Shown one piece after another: positions 19,516 to 28,217 of a DNA stretch of 64,000 bases. The stretch is from an uncultured virus (IMG/VR IMGVR_UViG_3300042484_003076) (Duplodnaviria; Heunggongvirae; Uroviricota; Caudoviricetes): IMG/VR virus record IMGVR_UViG_3300042484_003076; one strand, written 5' to 3'. The notes under the pieces are model-generated. The model did no database searches. It was not told the DNA's origin and saw only the letters and a list, made by a program, of their open reading frames with translations. The translations under genes and the position numbers were made by a program. The first letter of the stretch is position 1. Every line of letters starts with the position of its first letter.

Positions 19516-20294
19516 TAAGTTACGACTGCGGGATCTGTGAATACACTTCCGTTGGCTTTGAAAGGTAACGATTGCTTGCTAATCGCTCCAGCCTGTACGT
19601 CAATAGTCTGGTCTGTGCAATAGCAGATAGCACGGCGAACCAATCCCGATGTATAACCAGCCGCTGGAGGCGGAGTAGTGACAACTACCCACATATAATT
19701 CCCTGGAGTTGAAATCACGGTTGTCCCATCGATCGCAGTTGCGCCGATCGTCAAGTTGGCTACGGTAGTTAGCCCAGCATCGATAGAACTAAACGCACCA
19801 TCACAGCTAAATTCACCCGCGCCACTAACGATTTGACCTTGATCAAACAAAGTGCTATCAAAAGTTCGTAACTGTTCATCAGCGAGGGTTACTGTACCTG
19901 TAGCTGTTGAACGCGCTCCAAGAGGAATAAAATTAGAGCTGGTGCTGTTGATCGGTATTGCAAGATGATTTGCGTCTAATGCAATTGAGCCAGTGGCAGT
20001 ATATGGACCCGACCCAGTGCTTAACGCCGTGCTGACATCAGTTGTAACCGTTGCGCTAACTACGTTTCCAGTTACTGGATCGGTAAATGGCAGACAAGTT
20101 CCAGCGGGGATCTTAATGGTTTGCCCAGCCGTTGCAACGCTATAAGATACCGCAACAGTGACAGCGTTTTTAGTAGCAGCCGTGGTAACGGTAATCGCAA
20201 TGCGCTTAGGGTAATTGGTGTCGCCTTTACCTAAAGGCACGATCTCAACTTTAGCGCCATTACCCGTTTCAAATGTCGTGAGCTTCTCACCCAT
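19515..20294 (-). CDS. Major tail (tube) protein
   Basis: 259 aa, Thr/Gly/Ala-rich, upstream of chaperones and tape measure gene. Confidence 0.75.
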   Translation of the reverse strand: MGEKLTTFETGNGAKVEIVPLGKGDTNYPKRIAITVTTAATKNAVTVAVSYSVATAGQTIKIPAGTCLPFTDPVTGNVVSATVTTDVSTALSTGSGPYTATGSIALDANHLAIPINSTSSNFIPLGARSTATGTVTLADEQLRTFDSTLFDQGQIVSGAGEFSCDGAFSSIDAGLTTVANLTIGATAIDGTTVISTPGNYMWVVVTTPPPAAGYTSGLVRRAICYCTDQTIDVQAGAISKQSLPFKANGSVFTDPAVVT

Positions 20295-20356
20295 GATTTT
20301 AATCCTAGATACTTTACCCTCTAGGATTGCATCAAAGGTATAGCTATAATATTGAG

Positions 20357-20386
20357 TACGGACTAACTACGGACTAACTACGGACT
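20357..20386 (+). repeat. 11-bp tandem repeat (TACGGACTAAC, about 2.7 copies) just after a TATAAT box
   Basis: Direct reading; TATAAT at 20345-20350. Confidence 0.85.
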
Positions 20387-20394
20387 GAGATTTT

Positions 20395-21468
20395 ATGAGC
20401 GAAAGTTTAAGCAAGTTTTATCAATTAAAAGACGATGTGCAACAAGCTTTTTTGTTCCGCGATCAAGTTATGGCGGCGCTTGGCAATCCTGATAATGCGA
20501 TCGCCAAGATCAAAGAATTATCAGAGCAATCACAACTACTAAGCGAGATTGGCGACATTCTAAGAATGGCTAATGCACAATGCTTTGACCATCGCAGATT
20601 CAAGCAAGAAGAAAAGATCGTTGTTACTGGATTCCGCGGATTATGCGACATTCACGCAGCCCTTTTTAAAAAGCGTAGTGAGTATGAGATTTATGGCAGT
20701 CGCATTATTAATGATTTGCTAAACTCAGTAGATTTACAAGCCCAAAAGCAAGCCTATGATCAAGAAGAAATCAAGTTTTGCAGTCAGATCAAACAAGCGC
20801 TATATGAAGGAGTCAGGAAAGACAAATATCCGTCTATTGATGAGTTCCCTGACGATGACGCTATCAGCTTTGTAGAGCATTTAATAGATCGTCACAAACA
20901 CTGGGAACGCGATCATGAGTTTACTCAATTTGCGCTTGAGGTTAAACAGCTTTTAATTGATTCAGTTGGTAAAGATATTAGCAATGAAGAGGCGATCGCT
21001 GAGATTAAGCGCTTGCAAGCCAATCAAAACAGATTTGATTCTGCACCTTACGATCCTTTTAATGATAAATACAAACTTGAAAATATAGAACATGCCATTA
21101 GCTTTCGCGCTACAGTAGCGTCATATTTGGGCTGTTCCTATGACAGGAATGAAGCGATCGCCAAGATTGAACAACTTACAGGAGACAAGGATCGCGAAAT
21201 TAAGAGACTAAATGGCGATATATCTGGTATTGCCTCATTCTTGAACTTGCCTAGCGATGCCAAGCAACCTGACATTTGTTTTGCGATCATGGAGTTAAAG
21301 CAAGAAAAAAAGAAATATTACAAAGGCTACTTTCAGTTAGAAGTGATTTCCAAATACCTTAAGCTCCCAGAAAACTGCAAGCCAATGGATATTACTACTG
21401 AGGTGATTGAGCTTAAAGAGGATCTGGATCAAGCTAAAAAAATCATCGCTCGTCTCGTTGGTGAGTAA
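20395..21468 (+). CDS. Helical/coiled-coil protein with internal repeats
   Basis: Repeated 'AIAKIKEL / AIAEIKRL / AIAKIEQL' units. Confidence 0.6.
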   Translation: MSESLSKFYQLKDDVQQAFLFRDQVMAALGNPDNAIAKIKELSEQSQLLSEIGDILRMANAQCFDHRRFKQEEKIVVTGFRGLCDIHAALFKKRSEYEIYGSRIINDLLNSVDLQAQKQAYDQEEIKFCSQIKQALYEGVRKDKYPSIDEFPDDDAISFVEHLIDRHKHWERDHEFTQFALEVKQLLIDSVGKDISNEEAIAEIKRLQANQNRFDSAPYDPFNDKYKLENIEHAISFRATVASYLGCSYDRNEAIAKIEQLTGDKDREIKRLNGDISGIASFLNLPSDAKQPDICFAIMELKQEKKKYYKGYFQLEVISKYLKLPENCKPMDITTEVIELKEDLDQAKKIIARLVGE

Positions 21469-21470
21469 GT

Positions 21471-21689
21471 ATGGAAGAAGGTAAATCAATAGAGATAAAA
21501 ATCGTCATAGCCCCTAGCAAGTTTGCTGAGTTAATTAAACTTATGCCAGATCATGCTAAGGGTAGAGGCGAAAAAACAAGGGTTATCTATTGGTTTATCG
21601 ATGAAGGAATGAGGGCAACTCTAGCCAAATCACAGCAAGAGCCACGCCCGAATTATGGCAGTAATCGAGATTATTTAAGGAGAAGCTAA
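21471..21689 (+). CDS. Putative ribbon-helix-helix regulator
   Basis: Beta strand IEIKIVI followed by two helices, 72 aa. Confidence 0.45.
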   Translation: MEEGKSIEIKIVIAPSKFAELIKLMPDHAKGRGEKTRVIYWFIDEGMRATLAKSQQEPRPNYGSNRDYLRRS

Positions 21690-21959
21690 ATGCCAAATTT
21701 ATACCTAGTAAAACCAATTGAATCGCATGAGTCAGAGTCCTATGCTCGTTATCTTGGCTTTGTGATTTGCGCTGATAGCGAGGATGAAGCTAAGGATCTA
21801 TCGTTTGAGCCTAGCTATCAATACGGAAATGATGAAAGGTTAGATCGCGGGAATTGGGTTCCAGAAGGAGCTAAACATTTACTTACTGTTAAGTATTTGG
21901 GAATCGCTGATAGCAGTATTGAAAAAGGTAAAATTCTACAAGAATATATAACTGATTAA
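21690..21959 (+). CDS. Conserved-type phage hypothetical protein
   Basis: LYLV...GFVICADSEDEAK motif. Confidence 0.6.
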   Translation: MPNLYLVKPIESHESESYARYLGFVICADSEDEAKDLSFEPSYQYGNDERLDRGNWVPEGAKHLLTVKYLGIADSSIEKGKILQEYITD

Positions 21960-22043
21960 CAAAAAATGATCGCCATCCAATTAACTCAGGACAGCGATCG
22001 CATTCAAGACATAGTAAAGGAGTAAACACGCGGGTAAGCGAAT

Positions 22044-22943
22044 CTACTCTCGCATTGTATCATTATTGAGATTGATAAAAAATGCTCCTTCAATTTCAAT
22101 ATTAAAGCATTTTTCTCCGCAACTTAAAACGGCTCTCAAACACCTGAAAATATAATCACCCGAAGTAATTGTAAACGGGTTAGATCCTGCAATAAAAATA
22201 CTCTGTAAGCGTTGTAAATCATTTTTGATGTAAGCGCACAGAGTAATATTTTCTTGTCGTTCATCCGCTTTAATCACCGCCTTGTAAGCAGTGATTGATT
22301 GCTTAGATGCTCTCATTTCAAACTCAGAAACAGTGCAGCCAATCCCATCAATACTTAGAGAGCCGTCTTTACTCATTAAGTGCTTTGGGTTTCCGTTATT
22401 ATCGAAAGATGTTGATTGTAATGTAACTGCCATGTTCTTACCTTGCGTTTTGCAAATATTCTAATCTAATCAATTTCCGAGCATTCTCAAAATTAACCCG
22501 CTGCTTATTGTCTCTCACCTCACGCGATTCCGCTGGTTTCTCAACAGGCTTTTGTTGCACTGTGATAATTTGTTGCACGCCTTTACCAGCTAAGTGATCG
22601 AGGTTGTAGACTACGCCGCGCCATTCGATAAAGTTGGCGGGATAGTTGAGAGGTTCAATAGCGATCGCGGGGGCTGGGATTGCGAAAAGTAGGATGGGGA
22701 GTAGGTATTTTTTCATGGGTTTGTTTTATTTGGTTTAATTCCAATTGTCCTGATTTCTGCGTTTCCTTTGGCCCAGTACCAAGCATTGACCCAATTTTTA
22801 ATATGTATTTGCACGAATCTAACTCCATTTATTGATTGAGTTAGAACTTCATTTATTTGCGCTGATGGATAGACTCTTGCAAAATTTAAAGCCGTAACCC
22901 ATTCAGGACGAGTATGCCTTATTCGTCTTAGTTTCCTTTTCAT
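22044..22943 (-). CDS. Three small hypothetical ORFs (22044-22433; 22438-22716 with signal peptide; 22713-22943)
   Basis: Coupled ORFs; MKKYLLPILLFAIPAPAIA signal peptide. Confidence 0.5.
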
Positions 22944-23350
22944 GCATTTACTCCTTTAAAAGCTCCAATAACAAACTGAAAATTGCTAGGCACAAACGGA
23001 TGTGCCATTGGTACAGGTCGGAATATGCCTACGCGTTTACCGCCTAAATCTAACTCACAACGCACATTATTAAATGATGCAAAATTAGCTGGTAAACATT
23101 TGGGATCTTGAATCCATATCTTGATCGGTGTTTCCTCCACACTAGCGCCGATCGTCTCAAGTAATTGCGGATTACTTTCACGCACTGCCCAGCCCTGTAC
23201 CGCTCTTGTATCGCTATCAATCACAGGATTACCTAGCGCGTTAACCGTGCCTGTATCTACGCTATTGCGTACCCAAAACGTGCAGTTAAGCTTGTAACTG
23301 CCATCGCTATTTTTGGGCGCAAATGGAGGTATGAGGTTAGGGAGTTGCAT
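22940..23350 (-). CDS. Putative head-closure/head-tail joining protein
   Basis: 136 aa with 'NALGNPVI' motif typical of head-closure proteins. Confidence 0.5.
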   Translation of the reverse strand: MQLPNLIPPFAPKNSDGSYKLNCTFWVRNSVDTGTVNALGNPVIDSDTRAVQGWAVRESNPQLLETIGASVEETPIKIWIQDPKCLPANFASFNNVRCELDLGGKRVGIFRPVPMAHPFVPSNFQFVIGAFKGVNA

Positions 23351-23534
23351 GATGTCTCTCTTTCTTAAATCTTGGAGGCTCGTAGCTTTCGCACAAATTC
23401 CGATACCGTTCAGCAGGTGTTGTTAAGTGCGCTAATTCTGGGAAAGTTGAGGGATGATGGCTGATAAATTTAGACTGAGTATCTCGCAAATGATTGTAAA
23501 ACTCTAGTTGATCAGGTGTCATTCGTCCCATACA

Positions 23535-23951
23535 TTACCTACCCTTCAAATGCTTACTTAACTCAATTTTAGCGCGTTCTTTCGTCTCTGGACTCATACC
23601 CAAAAACCGCCGCGCCTCATTGGCATACGCAAAATAACGTTTAGCCTCACCTGTTACCGATATTCGGTAACTCTTACCATCGCTACTGATTACCGCTATT
23701 CCTTTACGCATCGCATCAGTACGCCGCAAAATCGTAAGGAACGCGCCAATTAAGCGCTTATGTGCGATGTACTTAGCTGATAGCGTTTTCCACGCCGCAC
23801 CCGTATCAGGATCGCCACCCTCACGAATAATATTATCTTGCAGAGCGACTACATGATCCGCGCTGACAGTCTTTATCACAGGCTCTATGTTTTGCAGCTT
23901 GGATAAGAGCTTAGCGGCGATCGGTGTGTTGGGCAGGGTGAATTTAAGCAT
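23535..23951 (-). CDS. Phage virion morphogenesis (neck/tail completion) protein
   Basis: PDTGAAWKTLS..Y...K, ILRRT, RRFLGMS motifs. Confidence 0.8.
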   Translation of the reverse strand: MLKFTLPNTPIAAKLLSKLQNIEPVIKTVSADHVVALQDNIIREGGDPDTGAAWKTLSAKYIAHKRLIGAFLTILRRTDAMRKGIAVISSDGKSYRISVTGEAKRYFAYANEARRFLGMSPETKERAKIELSKHLKGR

Positions 23952-23957
23952 GATGGC

Positions 23958-24000
23958 AACAAAAAAGCGCTTACGGGTATTGTAAGCGCTTTTTTGTTGT
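23958..24000. terminator. Intrinsic terminator
   Basis: CAACAAAAAAGCGCTTAC...GTAAGCGCTTTTTTGTTG. Confidence 0.8.
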
Positions 24001-24007
24001 ATTGAAT

Positions 24008-24570
24008 TTATGTGATTGGATATATATCCCAGTAGCTGAACCGACCATCAACGCCAGAATCAAGAAAAACAATTACAGAGCCTTTTTCTAAAACTTTGAC
24101 TGCTCCGTGTAAATTCCCAAACATATTTACGCAATCAACTCTCATGCCTACTTGGATTAAAGATTTGTGAGCGATCGCTGTCTCGTGATGCCAAGGATTA
24201 GCGGTATCAGTACTTCTTCCAAAATTGTTAGCATCAACACTTGCAGCCAAGATCATATCGTTACCAAGTTTATTATGCATTACTTCACCCTACGAGCCGT
24301 TGTCATTTCGCCACCTGCGATAAGTGGCTGTGCATTCTGCACCTCATCGAAGTCTGCTAGGCAGTCGCCATCTTCAAAGTCTACCGTCACAGTCACAATC
24401 TCTGTAAAGTAAAACTCAAAGCCATCTGCTTGGCTACCGTTATACTCAAAGCTTTTGACATTGGGAGCTAAGGATTTAGCTAATGCGATCGCCGCTTTCT
24501 TGTCAGCTAGATCGGGGTGTGTTTCTGAGTCCCATGCGTGGGCGAAATAGCAGTTAATTTGTGTTTGCAT
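24008..24570 (-). CDS. Two small hypothetical proteins (24280-24570, 24008-24280) behind own promoter
   Basis: TTGACA at 24632-24627 (minus strand), AGGAG RBS. Confidence 0.6.
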
Positions 24571-24659
24571 TGTCGTTTACTCCTTTGTTTTGTATACGAG
24601 TAATAGTATCAGCACTAGACGAAAGGTGTCAAGATATTTGTAATATTTGTTTACAATTA

Positions 24660-24929
24660 CTACTCACCTTTAGTTTTTGGCTTGTACTTATGCACTTCCT
24701 TATACTTCTCAGGATGTGCCAATCGATAACGCAAATCATACTCAGCCTGACTCATGGGCTTATCGCCTATTGTTTGACCGCCACGCTTGCGATCGCTGTC
24801 AGTCATGGTGACTGTTTTTCCTTCAGGAGTGAGACAGCCACGCCTACAGCGATATTGTTTCGCTCCTGATGATTTTGTGCCGTTGTAGGTCATCGGTTTG
24901 TGACAGTAGGGGCAGTCTGGGTTAGGCAT
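24660..24929 (-). CDS. Small Zn-ribbon DNA-binding protein, family A
   Basis: CPYC..M.YNG..SSGAKQYRC...GDKPMSQAEYDLRYR; paralog of 8774..8995. Confidence 0.65.
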   Translation of the reverse strand: MPNPDCPYCHKPMTYNGTKSSGAKQYRCRRGCLTPEGKTVTMTDSDRKRGGQTIGDKPMSQAEYDLRYRLAHPEKYKEVHKYKPKTKGE

Positions 24930-25185
24930 CTTCATCAACCTCATTAATTAGCTCAGTCAATCGGCTAACACGTTCCAAGGTTAACCAATCGCCAAAATAC
25001 TCTTTATGCTCATCAGTAGCTTTATAAAGCACTTGATAAACAAACCCTTCATCACTTGGCTCAATAAATAGCGTGTTCCCGCTACTTAGCTCAATCTGCC
25101 AACTCATGCCGACGATCTCGGCTGATTCTGATGCGACTAGATTGGCTAGCGCGATTTCGATCATGTGTATTTTTAGCATTGTCAT
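24922..25185 (-). CDS. Small acidic hypothetical protein
   Basis: 87 aa, overlaps the Zn-ribbon gene. Confidence 0.55.
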   Translation of the reverse strand: MTMLKIHMIEIALANLVASESAEIVGMSWQIELSSGNTLFIEPSDEGFVYQVLYKATDEHKEYFGDWLTLERVSRLTELINEVDEDA

Positions 25186-25251
25186 CGTCGTTACCTTTGT
25201 GAATGTTGATTGAATGAGGGGCGGTTAAGCCCCTGATACGCAGTGTGTCAG

Positions 25252-25416
25252 TTACGATTCCCAATATTTTTTGGGAATAATACGAGTCCCTTTGTTACCC
25301 AAGTCCACAAAAACAGTGCCATTTTCATTCAAGGAAAAATCTTTAATAGCTCGCAATGGGCATTCCATAAGCTTAGCAATTCTAGATTTAATGATTTTAA
25401 TTTCTACTTTAGTCAT
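25252..25416 (-). CDS. 54-aa protein homologous to the N-terminus of 32561..33019 (not in ORF track)
   Basis: IAKLMECPLRAIK...TVFVDLGNKGTRIIPKK vs IATALNVSPNQIK...VLFVVVQGKGARFVSKK. Confidence 0.6.
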   Translation of the reverse strand: MTKVEIKIIKSRIAKLMECPLRAIKDFSLNENGTVFVDLGNKGTRIIPKKYWES

Positions 25417-25559
25417 CGCCTTGTTACTCCGTTAGTCGCTTTGTTGTTTTCTTTCTGTACCAAAGATACATCACTAAGCAAAAGGTGTCAATAGGGTAAG
25501 CAAACTATTTTTTAGATCGTTAGTTGAGAGAGGGGCGGTTAAGCCCCTGATGTGTAATA

Positions 25560-25859
25560 TTAAAAAGCGTTGTAAGCATCGTTATACGCTTTGTCCAATT
25601 CCGTAAAAATGGCTTTTGCTGCCAAAAACTCAGCTTTAGAAATCGCGTCTTTTTGGTAGTAGTCGTTTTGAGCTTTAGTCCAGATAGGGTAGTAATCATC
25701 CCAAGCCTTCTTGGCATTGTCATAAGCGATTTGCTCTTCAGACTTACCACAAACACTAGTCCACAAAGCCTCTAATTGTTCTGCGGTTTCGATCAAGATA
25801 GTATTAAGTTCAGTAGTTTCTTCGTCTTCGCCAAATAGATCGAATTGGATAACAGTCAT
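25560..25859 (-). CDS. Small acidic hypothetical protein
   Basis: AAGGAG RBS, 99 aa. Confidence 0.6.
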   Translation of the reverse strand: MTVIQFDLFGEDEETTELNTILIETAEQLEALWTSVCGKSEEQIAYDNAKKAWDDYYPIWTKAQNDYYQKDAISKAEFLAAKAIFTELDKAYNDAYNAF

Positions 25860-25898
25860 GTCGTTTGCTCCTTTTATTGTTTGCGGGTTTAGTCGTCT

Positions 25899-26051
25899 CT
25901 AAGCTAGCTCTTGAGGTGTGCAGTAACGACCTTTAGATGTAAGCATTACAAAGTGTCGATTCCAGTCTTGGCGTTGCTCAAAAGTGTTGTCCATGTCTGC
26001 GATTTCTCTTTCACAACGGGCGATTGCTTTTTCTAGTTGAGTAGTGGTCAT
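25899..26051 (-). CDS. 50-aa hypothetical protein (not in ORF track)
   Basis: MTTTQLEKAIARCEREIAD..., AAGGA RBS, first ORF after promoter. Confidence 0.55.
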   Translation of the reverse strand: MTTTQLEKAIARCEREIADMDNTFEQRQDWNRHFVMLTSKGRYCTPQELA

Positions 26052-26161
26052 TGCGTTTTCCTTTGTTGTTGTTGTTGTTTTCTTTCTGTACTAAAGATAT
26101 CACCACTAAGTAAAAGGTGTCAATAGGGTAAGCAAACTATTTTTTAGATCGTAATATTCCG

Positions 26162-26674
26162 TTACAAATATCCTGCGTAATCAAACTCAAAGATAAGTGA
26201 ATCTAATAGAGAAGATTGGTCGTCCTTGGGAGTGGGAGATGGTAGCTGCTTGTATAGATTCAGTAACTTGCAAACCTTTGCAGCAGCATAACTAAGGCCT
26301 TCATCTAGCCCCTCTTGAGTAATAGCACTTAATCCTGCGACCGATCTAAGCGCATTAATTTGAGCGAGGCTAAAGTTGTCTAGACTCGCATGATCTTTAA
26401 GCAATACCCAAGATTTAGCCCTAAAATCTACTTCCGAATTAAGCATAGGAGCAAACGAATCTAAGGTGCGATTGCGATAAATTATAATCTCAATGCCCTG
26501 ATACATGACTGGACTGCCATTAATGATCGCGGGGAAAGAAAGTCCTCCGTCCTCAAGTGCGGGATCTGGAAGCATTAATATTGATGGCTGAACTATTGAT
26601 CCAAAATAACGAATACCCACTAGATCAGGTATTGAAGTTAAGATTGCATTCCGTATTTCTAGTGGTGTTTTCAT
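26162..26674 (-). CDS. Putative tail terminator/structural protein
   Basis: 170 aa, begins EIRNAIL..IPDL as in tail terminators; weak evidence. Confidence 0.35.
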   Translation of the reverse strand: MKTPLEIRNAILTSIPDLVGIRYFGSIVQPSILMLPDPALEDGGLSFPAIINGSPVMYQGIEIIIYRNRTLDSFAPMLNSEVDFRAKSWVLLKDHASLDNFSLAQINALRSVAGLSAITQEGLDEGLSYAAAKVCKLLNLYKQLPSPTPKDDQSSLLDSLIFEFDYAGYL

Positions 26675-26765
26675 AACTTGCGATATATGAGATAATAGTT
26701 AAAAGCGACCGCACTGTGCCAACAGCCGATCGCAGATCACCTAATTACAGTAGGCAATAGAATTT

Positions 26766-27308
26766 ATGATACATGAAGAATGGCGTGACATCCCTAATTA
26801 CGAAGGATTTTATCAGGTTTCCGATCAAGGAAGAGTTAGATCTTGTGATCGGTATGTAAAAAGCCCAAGACTTTTACATACCGATCAATTTCGTAAAAGT
26901 CAATTGATATCTATGTGCCCTGATAAAGATGGGTATCTTGGCATTCTTTTGCACAAAGAAGCAAAAAGGAAATCATGCAAAGTTCATTGTTTGGTGATGC
27001 TTGCTTTTGAAGGAGAACGTCCAAATAAGTATGACATTAATCATATTAATGGAATAAAAAACGATAATCGTTTTGTGAATTTGGAGTACTGCACCTCTTC
27101 TGAGAATCGTCTACATGCTTTCAGGATCGGATTGCAGCCTCAAGGAGAAAAGCACCCTCACGCTAAATTTATTGATGCTGACATCATTAAAATTAGAAAC
27201 CTATATGCTCTTGGCGGTATTACGCATAAAGAAATTTCGGAGATGTATGGGGTTAGTAGAGCAGCTATTAGCTACATTATTCGTCGTGAATCTTGGAAGC
27301 ATCTCTGA
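26766..27308 (+). CDS. NUMOD4-HNH homing endonuclease
   Basis: EEWRDIPNYEGFYQVSDQGRVRS; VH.LV..AF; INHINGIKNDN...NLEY...EN..HA; C-terminal HTH. Confidence 0.92.
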   Translation: MIHEEWRDIPNYEGFYQVSDQGRVRSCDRYVKSPRLLHTDQFRKSQLISMCPDKDGYLGILLHKEAKRKSCKVHCLVMLAFEGERPNKYDINHINGIKNDNRFVNLEYCTSSENRLHAFRIGLQPQGEKHPHAKFIDADIIKIRNLYALGGITHKEISEMYGVSRAAISYIIRRESWKHL

Positions 27309-27485
27309 GGCCAATTAGATCGGGAATAGCAGCGCTCTTGGATTTTATGTTAAATTAAATATGCGATCGCGCATAGAGCAGATCAAGTGTTGGTGCAAGC
27401 CCAAAGGTTTAGGGTGTGGATAGTCGCCTTGTAATCGTGCCGCCTAAAAGTCTCGTCCTCCTTGTCCTAAACGCGATCGCTTTAA

Positions 27486-27603
27486 CCGAGAGTAGCTCTA
27501 AGTGGATAGAGCATCGTGAAGGTTCTGATGTCATATAAGTAGCTCTTATACTGACTAAATGGCTTGTAAGCGAAGGTTATAGGTTCAAATCCTATCTCTT
27601 GGA
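27486..27603 (+). ncRNA. tRNA-like RNA with a roughly 40-nt insertion in the anticodon arm
   Basis: Acceptor CCGAGAG/CTCTTGG, TA-GCTC..TGG..GAGC D arm, ATAGG-TTCAAAT-CCTAT T arm. Confidence 0.7.
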
Positions 27604-27605
27604 TT

Positions 27606-28217
27606 TTAATTAAACACAGTTTCAGCTACACAATGCGCGATCGCCTTCTGCGTTTTGACTAACTCTTTCTTAAGTTTATCCACTTTTTTAGTTCCAATCT
27701 TTGACCGCTTAAGCTCAGCAACTATCTCATTAATCCTAGATGCTCGTAATTCGCCAAGTGTGGCGATGAGAGAGGCTTTGTCATGCAACATGGGATTATG
27801 GCCCCATTTAATCACCACGCTACTATATGGTGATGGACTTGGCATACAGCCAATCGTAATCACAATGGTATCCGCAAAAACAGGATCAGGCGCTTTGCAT
27901 TGCGAGTAAACAAAGTGAAATAAGTCTTGATTGCCATCATCAAATTTCTGCCCAAAGTACTGAGACAGACTATCAATCAAGCCATCTCTCACGGGTTTAA
28001 AAGCGATCGCTAAACCGTCATCATCCATCGGCATATTTCGGGCGGCGAAGCGATGAAAGTGAATGCGTAACTGTGATTTGGTATCCCAATCAAAAGCAGA
28101 CTCAATCGCGCCGCCTTGCTTCAGTGATTGCTTTTCTTTGAGGTGTAGTATCCAGTTGCCACGCCCGTTACTTGTGTTTTTGGGCGGTTCGTCTATGATG
28201 TATTGGATTAGCATCAT
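27606..28217 (-). CDS. RusA-like Holliday junction resolvase
   Basis: MDDDGL...FK.VRDGL...FDD acidic pattern matching RusA DxDN..K...D. Confidence 0.55.
   Translation of the reverse strand: MMLIQYIIDEPPKNTSNGRGNWILHLKEKQSLKQGGAIESAFDWDTKSQLRIHFHRFAARNMPMDDDGLAIAFKPVRDGLIDSLSQYFGQKFDDGNQDLFHFVYSQCKAPDPVFADTIVITIGCMPSPSPYSSVVIKWGHNPMLHDKASLIATLGELRASRINEIVAELKRSKIGTKKVDKLKKELVKTQKAIAHCVAETVFN

Larger units (their letters stand above)
25441..26152 (-). repeat. About 80-bp duplicated promoter block (25441-25520 and 26072-26152)
   Basis: Near-identical ...AAAAGGTGTCAATAGGGTAAGCAAACTATTTTTTAGATCGT containing TTGACA on the minus strand. Confidence 0.9.

Noticed and set aside
26680..27360. Group I intron around the HNH genes (also 33930-34620)
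   Set aside because: Flanks are too short and I could not identify core intron elements or rejoinable exons.
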